A stretch of 64,000 bases of DNA from assembly GCF_009914755.1 (NCBI RefSeq), contig NC_060947.1. One strand, written 5' to 3'. Source of the stretch: the human T2T-CHM13v2.0 reference genome, Homo sapiens. The notes under the pieces are model-generated. The model did no database searches and was not told the origin of the DNA. It worked only from the letters and a program-made list of their open reading frames with translations. A program made the translations under genes and the position numbers. Each line of letters opens with the position of its first letter. Position 1 is the stretch's first letter. Positions 1-16,911 of the stretch are shown here, in pieces.

Positions 1-278
1 GGCCAGGATGAAAAGATGCTTGAGTTCTTATGACAGCCCTCTTCTGGGTTGTAGACTGTCTATTTCTCCTTGTATCCTCACATGGCAAAGAACACAGAGA
101 GGAAGCAAGCTTTCCTGTGACTCTTAAGGGCACTAATCCCGTTCATGAGGGCTTCGCCCACATAATCTCATCTAATTGTAATTACTTTTCAAAGTCTCCA
201 TCTCCTAATACCATCACTTTGTGGGGTAGGGCTTTAATATATAAATTTAGGAGGGATACAAACATTCAGTTTATATCA
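1..278 (-). mobile_element. MLT1A/B-like MaLR LTR (partial)
   Basis: Contains ggcactaatcccgttcatgaggg, ccatctcctaataccatcac and acaaacattcag, the reverse complement of the MLT1A-type 5' end. Confidence 0.7.
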
Positions 279-2100
279 TATGCATTGCAAATAATTCTCC
301 CATTCCATAGGTTGTCTTTTCATTTTGTGGATTGTTTATTTTGCTGTGCCTAAGCTTTATAGTTTATTGTCATTCCACTTTTATGTTTGCTTTTGTTGCT
401 TGTACTTTTGGTGTCACTTCCAAAAAATCATTGCCAAGACCAAAGTCAAGGAACTTTTCTACTATGTTTTCTTCTAAAAGATTTATGGTTTCAGATCTTA
501 CATTTTTAAGTCTTTAAATTCATTTTGAGTTAATTTCTGTGTGTGTGTATGTGTGTTGTAAGATACGGGATCAAATTCATTGTTTTGCCTGTGGATATCC
601 AGTTTTCCCAACATCATCTATTGAAGAGAGTATCATTTCCCCATTGTGTATTCTTGGCCACCTTGTCAAAGATTAGTTGACTGTATATAGGTGGTTTATT
701 TCTGAGCTCTCAAATCTGTTCCATTGGTGTATGTGTCTGTTTTTATTCATGTACCATCAATGTTGTTTTGATTACTATAACTTTGTAATATAATTTGAAA
801 GCAGGAAGTATGATGCCTCCACCTTTGCCCCTTTTGTTGAAAATTGCTTTTGCTATTCTTGGTCCCTTGTGGTTTTATAAGATTTTACGATTTTTTTTTC
901 CTATGTCTGTGAAAAATGCCACTGGAATTTTGAAAGGGATTTAATTGAATCTGTAGATTGTTTTTGGTAGTATAGACATTTAACAGTACTAATTATTTTA
1001 ATCCATGAACACAGGATATCTTTCCATTCATATGTGTCATCTTTAATTTCTTTTGTCAATATTTTATGTTTTAAGCATATAGATCCCTTGTTACTTTTAT
1101 TCCTAAGTATTCTTTTTGATGCTATCGTAAATGGAATTATTTACTTGATTTCTTTTTTGGATAATTCATTGATAGTGTATGGAACACAATTAATTGTTGT
1201 TTGTTGATTTTGTATCCTTCAATCTTACTGAATTCATTTGCTAGTTTTAATAGTGTTTTGGTGGAGTTTTTGGAGGTTTTCATTTATAAGATCCTCTCAT
1301 CTGTAAACGAAGACAATTTTACTTCTTCCTTCTCAATTTGGATACCTTTTATTTCTTTTGCTTGCATCATTGTTCTGGCTATCACTTCCAGTACAGTGTT
1401 AAATAAAATGGTGACCATGAGCACCTGGGTCTTGTTCCTGATCTTAGAGGAAAAGCTTTTAGCTTTTCACCATTGAGTACGACTTTAGCTGTGGGCTTGT
1501 TATATACAGACTTTATCATGTTGAGGTAAGTCCCTTCTGTAAAAAATTTGTTGAGAGTTGTTTTTTTAAAAATATTTTAAATTTTGCAAAATGCTTTTTC
1601 TGTATTTATTGAGATGATCATTTATTTTTATCTTTTTTCCATAAATGCGGTATATCACATTTATAGATTTGCATATGTTGAGCCATCTTTGCATCCCTGG
1701 GATAAATCCCACTTGATCATGATGTGTAATCCTTCTAAGATGCTATTAATTTGGTATACTAGTATTTTACTTAAGATTTTGTTATTGATGCATAATAGGT
1801 ATACATAGTTTTGGGGTTCATATAATAATTTAATACGTTCATATATTTGTAAATATTAAATAAATGTACTTGGGATACCTATCACCTTAAATATTTGTCT
1901 TTTTATGCTAGAACCATTTCAATTCTTCTCTTGTAGCTATTTTGAAATATACAATAGATTATTGTAAACTATAGTCACCCTACTGAACTATCTAACACTA
2001 GGCCTTATTTTGCATCTATGTTTATCTGTGTTATTGGCCTCTAATTTTATTTTCTTATAGTGTCTTTGTCTGGCTTTGGTAATAGGGTAATTCTGGCCTA
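279..2100 (-). mobile_element. Old L1 (L1M/L1MB-type) ORF2 region, decayed
   Basis: T-rich antisense ORF2 motifs (gatatccagttttcccaacatcatctattgaagag, tgattactataactttgtaatataatttgaaagcagg); interrupted at about 1780-2008. Confidence 0.85.
1781..2006 (-). mobile_element. L1MA-type 3' UTR fragment nested in the older L1
   Basis: tagctattttgaaatatacaatagattattgtaaactatagtcaccctactg is the L1MA 3' end; the host L1 resumes at attttgcatctatg. Confidence 0.75.
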
Positions 2101-2119
2101 TTACCAAATACTATATTAC

Positions 2120-2982
2120 AATGGTACCCGCTTGTATGCGGAAGTCTTAGAGTTGTGTGCCTTCCATCAGCCCTGCTAAGCCAGGTTGGGTGCCGAGAGC
2201 CTTTCTTTTATTTTCTCTAGAGCAGTGCCCTGAAGTGTTCAAGGTTGTACACCTTCTCCCAGTCCAGCAGAGTTGAGCCACCTGCTGATATCTGTTTGCT
2301 GTGTATGGGGACTTCATGCACCACCTGATGAGGTTTGCATATGCTATCTGTGAGGGAATGTGTGTGTGATCTCTGGTGGAATTCGGGGCATTGCCTATGG
2401 GGGTGCTGGAGTGCTAGAGACATGTATCAGTTATTGGAGTAAATGTGCAGGTGTGGCACCCCACATGGCTCATGGGTGAGGCTCCTGGTGGAGCGTGCAA
2501 GCTGGTCAGTAGGATCTTTAGCTAGTTGTTGAGATCCGTGTGCAGGCTTCTGTCATGCCCTGCCCCTTTTCTCTGTTCCTAGCTGCCCCAGATAATACAA
2601 TCATGTCAATACCCTCAGTGTTTTGGGTAGTGTGGGACAGTTTGGTGTCTCCTGGGCCGCATCTGCAGCCAGGGGAGCTGGGCGCTCACTAACTATGCTC
2701 TCTTTTTCCTTCACGGGAGACATTGTGGACTGAGGGGTACTTCTCTTGTCACTGAGCTGGGCCACCTGGGGGTAGGGGTGATGCAGGTACAGTGAAACTC
2801 TTTTTCTTATACTCCTCAACGCATCTATTCTCAGATTTTTCATTCCAATGGTATGCTGGGACCTCTCCGCTGAACCTTGGGCTTCCATAAAAGTATTCCT
2901 GTCTGTAGGTGGTTCTTAAAATTGGTGTTCTGGTAGAGGTTTGGGGGCTGGAAACTTCCATTCTGCCATCTTGCTAATGTCC
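2120..2982 (-). mobile_element. L1M 5' UTR (L1M4-like 5' end)
   Basis: Ends in ttctgccatcttgct (minus strand agcaagatggcagaa, the L1 5' YY1-type motif); GC-richer 5' UTR-like sequence. Confidence 0.65.
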
Positions 2983-3134
2983 AAGAAGGCCTATGATAAA
3001 TAATTAACTGTTGTTAAACTCATCTAGAGATTATGGACTGGAAAAGGATAGAAATCCTCCAGAGGATTAGTTAGGATTATTATAACCACTCAAAGGATCT
3101 AGCTTTTTGCTTTTCTGGACGTCACTAGCAAAGC

Positions 3135-4560
3135 ATTTAACACACATTTACTGAGTACGTACTGTGTGTCACACACTGTAAGACACCAGAGTTATAGTAA
3201 TTAGAGACAGTCGTACCCTTTGCTGAGTTTATGGCCTAATAGTGGAGATAGACATCATTCAAATATTTTCACAGTTAAAATTTACAACAATGAAACGGTA
3301 CCACTGAGAAAATACAATAGGAAGCACAAAAAATGATAGCAGGCAGATAGTATCTTGTTTGGGAGCTTATAAAGGCCTTTCTGAGACCATGACATTTAGA
3401 TTGCGATTTGATACATGATTAGGTGAGGGATAGGCTAAGGGTGGTGTGGAAGAGAATTTCTCACAGAGAGTATAGCCCAGATCAGGAGCTTGAAACATTC
3501 CTGGAAGTAAGAGAATCCAGTGTAGCTGAGGTAGCTAAGGGAAGAATGGTAGAATGTGAATACAGAGTGGCAGCCAGAGGCCATACAATACAGGGTCTTA
3601 CAGACTTTGAGATATTTTTCTAGGAGCAACTGGGAGCAATGGGAAGTCTTCAAAAAGTTTAGAGCAGGGGAGTGACATCAGATTTACATATGAGAAGACT
3701 TACTCTGGCCACTATATGGAGAATGGAGGGAGGACAAGAGTGCAAACAAAAGGATGGTGGTAGAGTAGATGAACAGACTTGGTATGTGCTTCAAAGGATA
3801 ATCTACAGTACCTCGTGAGTAATTGAAGGTGCAGAAAGAGACACAAAGAAGTCAGGGATGATTCTAAGGCTTCTTGCTTTAGCAATTGTGTGAATAGAGG
3901 TGCTATTGACTGAAATAGGAGTGGCCTTGAGGAAGAAGTTGTTAGTTCTATTTTGGACATTAATTTTAAGATACTCAAGAAGCATCCAGATGGAGATATC
4001 AAAAACCCAGTGGGAGTATGGTATTCAAGGGCAAAGTTTGGGCTTAAAGTTATGAAAATAGAAGAATCACTTAAAAAGAGAGTTTAGTTAGGAAAAGTAC
4101 CGAGGGACAAGCAACAGAACATTGAACCAATAATGGAAAAAGAAAGAAGAAAAAAAAAAATCAGTGGTCATTAAGGGAGGGGGATAATCATGTGAGTGTC
4201 AAATCATAAAAGCTGAGTAAGAAGGATGTTTCACACAGAAGGGAATGGGTTAACTTTATCGAATAGTGCTAAGTCAAGTAAAATGATAAACATACAACAT
4301 GAAAGTTACTGATATCCTTAGTGAAAGCAGATTTTATGGAGTGACGGGACAGAAAAGAGTGGAGTATGTTGAGGAAAAAATGTGAGGTGAGAATATAAAC
4401 ATAGCATGAGTAGAAATTTGGGAAACTGTGCTATGAAGAGAAGCAAATAATTTGGTTAGAAGCCAGAGGGAGATACTGTATCAAGGAAAGATGTTTAAGA
4501 TGAAAGGGATAATTAAAGCATGTTTGTATGTTAATGAGAATCATTCTCAAAAAGAGACAT
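3135..4560 (-). mobile_element. L2 LINE fragment
   Basis: catttactgagtacgtactgtgtgtc is the antisense L2 tail, followed by purine-rich L2 body (gatgattctaaggcttcttgc, gagatatc). Confidence 0.75.
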
Positions 4561-4599
4561 TGATGATATAGATGAGGGAAGGTATATTTGTTAAGCAGT

Positions 4600-5310
4600 T
4601 CTTGCCTCAATTTATTTTTCCTCTTGCATTTTACTATAACAAGCCAGAAAAAACTAGCCTGCATCTTTAACATTTCGCTTGGAAATGTCTTTAGCTAAAT
4701 ATTCAAGTTCATCATTTTACAACTTCTATTTTCCACAAAACTGTAGTACATAATTCTGCGAAGCTTTCCACCTCTATATAAAAAGATTTCCACTTTCTCC
4801 AGTTAGTGATAACGTCTTCCTCAGTTTCTTCTGAGCCCTCCCTAAAGTCCATGTTTCTACTAATAGTCTGTTCAAGGTGACTTAGGATTTCTCAATTAAG
4901 TTTTTTGTTTAACATTCTTCATGACTTTTCAGCTGTCTAATTCCAAAGCTGCTCCCACAATATAGGTGTTTGTTACAACAGCACCTCACTTTCAGATATC
5001 AAAATCTGTATTCATTTTCTATTAATAATAAATGATCACAAACTTAGCAGCTTAAAAAAGCACAATTTGTCATTTTATAGTTCCTGTGGGTCAGGAATCC
5101 AGACATGGGTTTGATGGATTCTCTGCTTCCAGTTTCAACAACCTAAAATCCAGGTGTTGGCCTGGGGCTGCAATCTTGTCTGCATCATAACTCCCTTAGG
5201 TTGCTAGCAGAATTCAGGTCTTAGTAATTGTAGAACCGAGGTTCTCATTTTCATACTGGGCATCAGCAAAGGGTAATTCTCAGCTTCTAGAGATTGCCCT
5301 CTATGTAGAC
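4600..5310 (-). mobile_element. MLT1 internal segment plus MLT1(D/E/F)-type LTR fragment
   Basis: cagcacctcactttcagatatcaaaatc|tgtatt is the internal/LTR junction at about 5007; the LTR contains cacaaacttagcagcttaaaa and gggtcaggaatcc. Confidence 0.65.
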
Positions 5311-6119
5311 AATGAAGATATTAGGTTAGGGAATGGTGTGGTGAAGATACAGGAGTTCTCATGTGTGGCTTATATTTCCTCTATAAAGTAACAGAACTAG
5401 TCACCACTGGGAGAACAGGCCTTTTCTGACTTGTTAGAGTAGAGAGCTTCAGGAATGGCCACTTGGGAATGGGAACCTTATGATACTTGCTTCGTTGTGC
5501 GTTTCTTTCGTTTACATTGGATACTAAAAATTGGATCTTGGTTCTCCTGATATTCCAGTTTTCTACCCATTAAAGCATTACCCCAAATAAGACTGTGATG
5601 TCAAATTCTGCTTTCATTTTGGGTTCTGCTTCCACCTAAATTCTCCTGCCTGCTCTGGATTTTTTGTAATCTAACCCTGATCCACCAACGTAGACTTGGT
5701 ACATTGCCTATTACTTCTGCTCTGGCCGCTGGATTCAAAGTACCTGAACTACCTGGCTTACTTCACCTAGCATCCAGCATCTTATGCCATTTTCTTCACT
5801 GTTTCATTTGCCAAGTATTTTTTAGATCTCCTCCTCAGCCCTCTGATTTATCATGTTTTTCCTTTTTTTTTTTTTTTCAGCTTATGCCCTCTGCCTTGAT
5901 ATCTGGCTCCCAATTTTATTTGTATGGATTCTACAAGGAAATTTCCAGGTAGCATGTCTCTAAGGTCTCTCAGACCTTTCAAACACATCTGCCCTGGTAT
6001 GTGACCATATTTTAGTCACTTTTATTTTTCATCTTAATCCAGAGCCTACAGTTCAGTTATATTAGATTTCTTCAATGTTAATCCTATGTGCTTCATCCAG
6101 GTCTTTAAACAGTATCTAT

Positions 6120-6760
6120 TTATTCACTTATACATTCATCAATTCAACAAATATTTAGTGAGTACTTTTTATGTCCTAGGTGTGAGATACAGCAGTAAAA
6201 ACATCTCTGTCCCCATAGAACTGAAACTCAAATAGGGAGAAATATAATAAGTAAATGATCAAGTAAATAATGTAACATCATGTAGTGATAAGTGCTTTGG
6301 AAAAATAATATAATGGAAAAGGGGATGGGGAGTGTTAGATCTGTGTTGTTATTTCATATAGAAAGGTTTCCGTAATTACGGAAAGCCTCACTGATAAGGT
6401 GTCAATTTACCAGAGACCGGAAGCACGTAAGAAATTGGACCATGTAGATATGTGGAGGATCATTCGAAGCGAAGAAAGATTAAGTGTGGAGACTATGAGC
6501 ATGACTATGTTTGGCATGATTGAGGAACAGGAGACAAGGACCTGGTGTAAAGTGAGCAGGAAAAAGTATTAAGAACTGAGGTTGTAGAACAGATCATATA
6601 GGGCCATATAGGTCAATGTATGAATCTTGTATTTCACTCGGAGGGAGAGCAAACTATAAGAGGGCAAACGCTGAAACAGGGAGATCAGTTAAAAAGCATA
6701 TTTAATTATCTGAGTGAGAGTGATGTTGACTCCAACCACAGTAGTTGCAGTGGAAATACT
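6120..6760 (-). mobile_element. L2a 3' fragment
   Basis: cattcatcaattcaacaaatatttagtgagtac and gatacagcagtaaa are the antisense L2 terminus. Confidence 0.75.
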
Positions 6761-7776
6761 GCCTGTAACTCTTATTAATGTCCACCTCAAACTGTCCTAA
6801 GCTGTTCTCTCTGAGACCCTCCCTATATTATTTACATATATTAGATATATACATATGCACTTTTGTGTGTGTGTGTGTTCTTATGCGGAGACAGAATGAG
6901 TCAGAATGTAAAGGCTTCTACCCATTGACTCCAAAGTTGGCACTCAGCATCTAACAAAAATATTCGTGTCTGCACCCTGCAGCCAGGCAATAGATAAAAG
7001 CTTTGAGGCAGTTATCACATGACAGTTGGACATGACACACGAGAGAACAGAGCAATGTCTTTCCACAGAGCAATTTGGCATGCAGGCCTAGAGGATGAGT
7101 AGATATGACTTCAGCCATTGTTGGGCTCTGGGGCAATTTCAAGAATCTAAATATATGCTTTTTGTTTGTGAATTTGGTAGACACGAATTGGGTTATTGTT
7201 TCTCTTAAGGAACAAGTTGACCTGAGTAAAATTGTAATTTGGGCAAAAAGCCTGAATTTTACGGATGAGCTCTGTAGGCAGTTTATCCAGGTTACTTTGA
7301 TTCAACATTTTTATGTTGCCAAAAAAGCTGTGAGAAATCTTTTTTTTTTCTTCAAAAGTGTGAAACCCATTACGAAAATCCCTCTTTGATGTTTAAATTA
7401 CTATATGTCAAAGGTGGAGATCAAACTGTAGCTCTTTCATTTTTTAGTGGGAAAGTGAAAAATGGAGAAATGGTGAGACCTTTCTATTGATCGGGCAGTC
7501 CATTTAAATATACTCCACCAAGCTCTGACTTGCCCTCAAGAAAGGCTGTGAGAAGAATTGATCATTCCACAACAGCTATTCAATACATTTCATCTGTTCT
7601 TCTTTGAGTCAGTCTATGTAGCTGGGAAGAAAAACAATAAAAAACAAATATATTTACAAAAAACAACTCTGGGCAAGTGTGACACAACCCTTATATTTTA
7701 GAAAATTAAAAAATATGATTTTAAAAACAAAAAATATGACAGCTCAGGATCATCATGATTTTACTAATTGTTTATT

Positions 7777-11276
<3,500 letters not shown>

Positions 11277-11691
11277 TTGCTTCTTTTTAAAACATATATT
11301 AAAAATAATTTATTTAATTGATAGTGGTTTTAAATGAGGTTTTAATTTTGGGACATAGGTCTGAAGAATTTGATCAAGTAAACAAATATCTCATTGTGCT
11401 AACTCACTGTTATGCCACTCCATTCATGTCAAAGGTAGGTTATCTTTAAGTATGTCAGCTCTACATGTCATATGTAAACCAAGCTTCTGTTACTGTGGTA
11501 GCCAAGTTCACTACAAGAACGTGGCTAAAAACATCACGTTTAGTTTAACAGGCACTTAATCAGTTCCTACCATGTCTCTTCTATGATGTTAGGCATAATA
11601 GGATACACAAAAGTGGTGAACATACTTATACACATGACATAATTAACAATATGAAACTATGCCAGATAAGTTCTAAATTATATATAGTCAG

Positions 11692-12075
11692 TGACATGGT
11701 TTGGCTCTGTGTCCAAATCTCATGTCGAATTGTAATTCCCAATGTTGGGTGAGTGAACTGGTAGGAGGTGATTGGATCATGGGGGTGGATTTCCCCTTTG
11801 CTGTTCCTGCGATAGTGAGTTAGTTTTCATGAGATCTGGTTGTTTAAAAGTGTGTAGCACCTCCCCATTCTCTCTCTCTCTCCTGTTGTCATGTGAAGAT
11901 ATGACACTTCCCTTGCTTCCCTTTTGCCTTCCACCATGATTGTAAGTTTCCTGAAGCCTCCCCAGCCATGCCTCCCGTGAAGCCTGAGGAACGGTGAGTC
12001 CATTAAACTTCTTTTCTTTATCAACTATCCAGTCTCAGGTAGTTATTTATAGCAATGTGAGTACAGACTAATACA
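11692..12075 (+). mobile_element. MSTA-like MaLR solo LTR
   Basis: Starts tgacatggtttggctctgtgtcc, contains gtttaaaagtgtgtagcacctcccc, ends gactaataca. Confidence 0.85.
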
Positions 12076-12303
12076 GGTACAAGGTGAGAGCAGACTAATA
12101 CAGGTACAAGGATGTGAAAATATTAAGTGCGTTGAGCACTCAGGAAAGAAAGGGAAATAGGTTTTGACTGGATTGCTTAGGAATTTTTACCTCTATTTGA
12201 CAACTCAGTGCTGAGTAACAGTGCACATGTTGTTTTTTCAGGCAGTACTCATGGTGCTGGGGATCCAGATATGATGAAGACCTTATCTCAGCTGTCTAGG
12301 ATG

Positions 12304-12570
12304 GCAGTGTTTACTAGAAATATAATGTTAGCTATATATGCAATTGTAAATTGTCTATTAGCCACATTAAAAAAAAAGCAATAGATGACCATATTAAAAC
12401 ATTTTATTTAACAGGGTGTGTCTAGTATATTATCATTTAACATCTCATAAGACAAAGGTGATATGTTGCATTCTTTTTTCCTTTTACATTTTCGAAATTC
12501 ACTGTAGATTTTACACCTACTGCATATCTCAAGTTGAACCAACCACAATTCAAGTGCACAATAGCTACTG
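12304..12570. mobile_element. MER33/MER3-like hAT-Charlie DNA transposon
   Basis: tagaaatataatg...tagccacattaaaaaa...gcatatctcaa...ttcaagtgcacaatagctac. Confidence 0.65.
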
Positions 12571-12859
12571 TCAGATGGAAGGAGAAGACAAAAATACCTT
12601 AGGAAGTGACATTTGTATAATAGCCACTATGATGCAATTAGTTTTAGAGTCACAGATGATAGGAGGAAGAGAGATTATTTTCTACAATTGACCACTTTTA
12701 CTTTATGGATAAATTATTCTAAACAGTGATGTCTATTTATTGCCTCAATTTTCCTCCTTCCCATTTATGGCTTTCTTCCTATAACTTGTCTTCTCTTTCC
12801 CCATCAACCCACCAAAACTCTTCTACAAAAGCTGACCTCCCACCCCTCAAATTGCTCTA

Positions 12860-13030
12860 TAGCAAGGCCTCTTAAACTTGAATCCATGTACCAATCACCT
12901 GGAGATCTTGATAAAGTGCAGATTCTAATTCAGTTGGTCTGGGGTGGAGCTTGAGATTCTGTGTTTTTAATAAGCTCCCTTGAGATGCTGATGTTACATT
13001 CCCAGGAACCACATTTTGAGTATCAAGAGT
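12860..13030. mobile_element. MER5A/B hAT MITE
   Basis: aatcacctggagatcttgataaagtgcagattctaattcagttggtctggggtggagc...ccacattttgagta. Confidence 0.75.
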
Positions 13031-13756
13031 CTATGTCAATCATGGTTTAGTTAGAAATACGGAACCACTCTAGGTACTTTAGCAGGGGTATACCATCCAA
13101 GGAAGTTTATGCTCAAAATATCCTAGGAATGGAGCAAAGATCAGGAAAGATGAGGACATGAGGAAGTATAACAATGGTAAGAAACTGTCAACCGTGTTCT
13201 TAGCAGCCTGCAGCATCAAAAAGAGATTGCTCAGAGGCACCGCAAGCCTTACATCTGCCATCTGCTCCTGCTTTTTCTTTTCTTTTGCCTTCCAAATATC
13301 ATAGAACATTGATGGCAAGGAAGTCTGGGAAATTTAGTTTCCAGTCCTGCAGCCCCTGAGAAAAAGAGTGATGAGGGGTAGTGTTGAGTATCAACAACAA
13401 CATCTGACCCACATTTCCCTTGAGGTTCCAACCTCAACTCACTCCTATTCTTCCTGCTTGTGCCCTGTCACTCTCTCTTTTACACTCACATACACACACA
13501 CACGCAAATACACACTCAGTTATGTTCTCTTATATATCTAAATAAGAACATCTAGAATCCTTTCAACAACATGCAAATGGTCACTAAATCCTGTCAAATT
13601 TTCAACTTTGCCTTTAGAATTTTCCCTTCTTTCCATTCACGTCATCATTTTGTTTGGCTCTTATTGCTTTATATTTGGACAATAACAATAGACTTTTTAG
13701 CTGCTTGTCTTCATTGGCTTGCTTCTGGTCTGCTAATCCCTATCCCTCATCTTTCC

Positions 13757-14181
13757 TGACATGGTTTGAATCTGTGTCCCCACCCAAATCTCATGTTTAA
13801 TTGTAATCCCCAGTGTTGGAGGTGGGACCTGGTGAGAGGTGATTGGATCATGGGGCGAGTTTCTTATGAATGGTTTGGCATCATGATAAGTACTGTTCTT
13901 TCTCGTGATAGTGAGTGAGTGAGTTATCATGAGTTCTGTTTTTTTTTTTTAAGTGTGTAGCACTTACCTGCTATTTCACTTTCTTCTGCTCCAGTGAAGT
14001 GAAGTGCTGTGTCCACCTTCACCTTCCGCCATGATTCTAAGTTTCCTGAGGCCTCCCCAGAAACAGAAGTTGCCATTATTCCTGTACAATCCACAAAACT
14101 GTGAGCCGGTTAAACTTCTTTTCTTATAAATTACCAAGTCCCAGGTATTTCTTAATAGCAGTGTGAGAACAGATTAATACA
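13757..14181 (+). mobile_element. MSTA/MSTB MaLR solo LTR
   Basis: tgacatggtttgaatctgtgtccccacccaaatctcatg ... ttaataca; flanks resemble a ttcct target duplication. Confidence 0.85.
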
Positions 14182-14364
14182 TTCCTTTTTTCCCATGTAC
14201 TGATACCAGGATCAAAAGGAGCTATCGATATCTGAATTAATTCTGTCAGTGAGATTAGCTAATTTATTCACTGATGTTATAAGGAACATTGTTTAAAATG
14301 GGTGCACAGAATGAGAGCCCTTAAAGACCCTCTGGGATACAAGAGGGTGCAGTGGGGCCAACAT

Positions 14365-14510
14365 GAGCCTGGGGCCAAAAAGCCTGAGTTCTTATTTTCC
14401 TCTGCTCTCGCTTACTATGTGGATTTGGACAAGTTTCTTCCTTTCTCCAAGACTCCTTTCTTCCTGATGTAAAGTTAGGTGAGTAGGCTAAACTATAATT
14501 TCCCAGCCTT
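14365..14510 (+). mobile_element. MIR/MIR3 fragment
   Basis: cctgagttc...ttactatgtggatttggacaagt...tgtaaa is the core MIR pattern. Confidence 0.55.
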
Positions 14511-15314
14511 TTTTTCCTTCTCTGTTGACACATAACTTCCAAAACACATACTGTATCATGTTTGGTTTGGGGACTAAATGCGTGTTACAATAACTAAATT
14601 AGAAACATCACCTCATCTGATTAGGAAACATAATAGGTAGTTTTATTTCATTCTTCTTATAATAATGAATTCAGCATTTGCCTTCATATAATGTGTACTT
14701 TGAAATAATGTGTTATGGAAAAGGGTACCACATCCAATTGTTTTACCAAATTGTCACCAGAGAGCCATAGTAGCTCCTTTGCCTGGAAAAACAAATTCTT
14801 CTGCAAAATAATGGGCTTCCTCTGTTTTCTTCCATTTTTGCAATTTGCTAGACCAATGAATGAAATGATTTAAAAATGTCTGGATTACTGATTGATAAAT
14901 ATAGATGTTTGAAAAACTTGTTCTCTGTAGTTAACAATCAATTGTTTATTTTTACAATGTGGATCAGTTGCTAAATATTGACACAAAAGAAAGAATTTCA
15001 AGCAGCTGTTTGAAAGAAATTCTCCACAAATGATGCTTTCTGCCTGTGTATAGCTTTTATTACTTATAAAGGAATAGACAAATTATATATTCATTACATT
15101 GCCTCTTTCTAAGATTGGCTTTTGAAGTCCTAGAGATAGGGTGATGTATTATATAAAAATGTTAACGAGTGATAAGTCACGTATCACTGAAGGCAAATTA
15201 GAAAAATTATCATTTCTATACTCTTCTGTCACATGCTGTATATCATCATCAGTGTTCCCTACGTTTTTCTGTCTTTAACTTGGTCTATTAAAGGTGGAAA
15301 TTAAACATACATGA

Positions 15315-15627
15315 TGTAATGGTCTGAGTGTTTATGCACTCCCAAAATTTATATGTTGAAACCTAATACTCAATGTGAGAGTATTTGGAGGAGGGGCTGT
15401 TGGAACGTAATTAGTGTCCTTATAAAAGAGGCCCAAAGGAGCTTGTTTGCTTCTTCCACTATGTGAGAACATAGTCTATGAGGAAGTGGGCCCTCACCAG
15501 ACACCAAATTGTCTAACACTTTGATCTTGGACTTCTCAGCCTCCAGATCTGTGAGAAAGAAACTTCTGTTGTTTATAAGCTACTCAGCCTCTGGTTTTTA
15601 TTACAGAAACTTGAATAAAATAAGGCA
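15315..15627 (+). mobile_element. MLT1A0-like solo LTR with 5-bp TSD catga
   Basis: tgtaatggtctgagtgttt ... aataaggca; catga at 15310-15314 and 15628-15632. Confidence 0.85.
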
Positions 15628-15962
15628 CATGATAAGCATAAACGAAGTTTCTATTATGTACCAATCAGAATCCTGAAGTCAGCTGATGGTTACAAAAATG
15701 CATTGGGAGCAATCTCATCTATCTGACCAACCACTATATGCCCATTTGATATATATTATTTAAAGTAAACCCAAACATTAAATTAATTATTTTACAGTCA
15801 GTGGATTTTTACAAATAGAAATTGAAACAGACACAGTAACCACCATTACTACATATATCTTCAGGACACATTTGCAGGTCTCTGAAGATTTACGGGAAAC
15901 ACTTGGGTGCATGATCTCTAAGGGCTCTTTCAGCTTTTTTTTTTTTCCTCTTCCAACTTTAA

Positions 15963-16424
<462 letters not shown>

Positions 16425-16911
16425 TAAATCGCTAAAGGACTCCATGAGCTGGAGAGATGCAAATTACTGTACCACATAGGAATTCTGGTAGTTATGGTTG
16501 TTATGATTATCAAGTCTAAATATTTTGGAATCCTTAATTTCAGTTGTCTTGAGAAATAGTATGCATTTGCCATAATGCAGTGGCTTGCTGACACTTTCTC
16601 TCTCACTTTGGTTGAGTTATTACATTGTGTTGAGAAATTCTAGGAGGGCAAGAGAGGAGCCATTTTGAAAGAAAGCAGGGAGGACATGCTAAATAAAGGA
16701 GAAAAGACCATTTGACATTTCTAAAGGTAAATTAAGTGTTATAAAAAATGTCAAAAGGAAGTGATACTTTATCTCAAGGTTATTTGATTTCTGTTTTTGA
16801 TTCAAGGGTGCCTTTTTCCTCATCTTGGTATTGTGAGAAGATATTGTATTGGACATTTCACAAGAAATGTCAATTCAGTGGTTATTTTCATTTATATGTT
16901 TTAACATAGCT

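Noticed and set aside
6880-7700. Unique sequence with single AP-1 and GATA words
   Set aside because: Isolated short motifs at background frequency; nothing supportable without chromatin data
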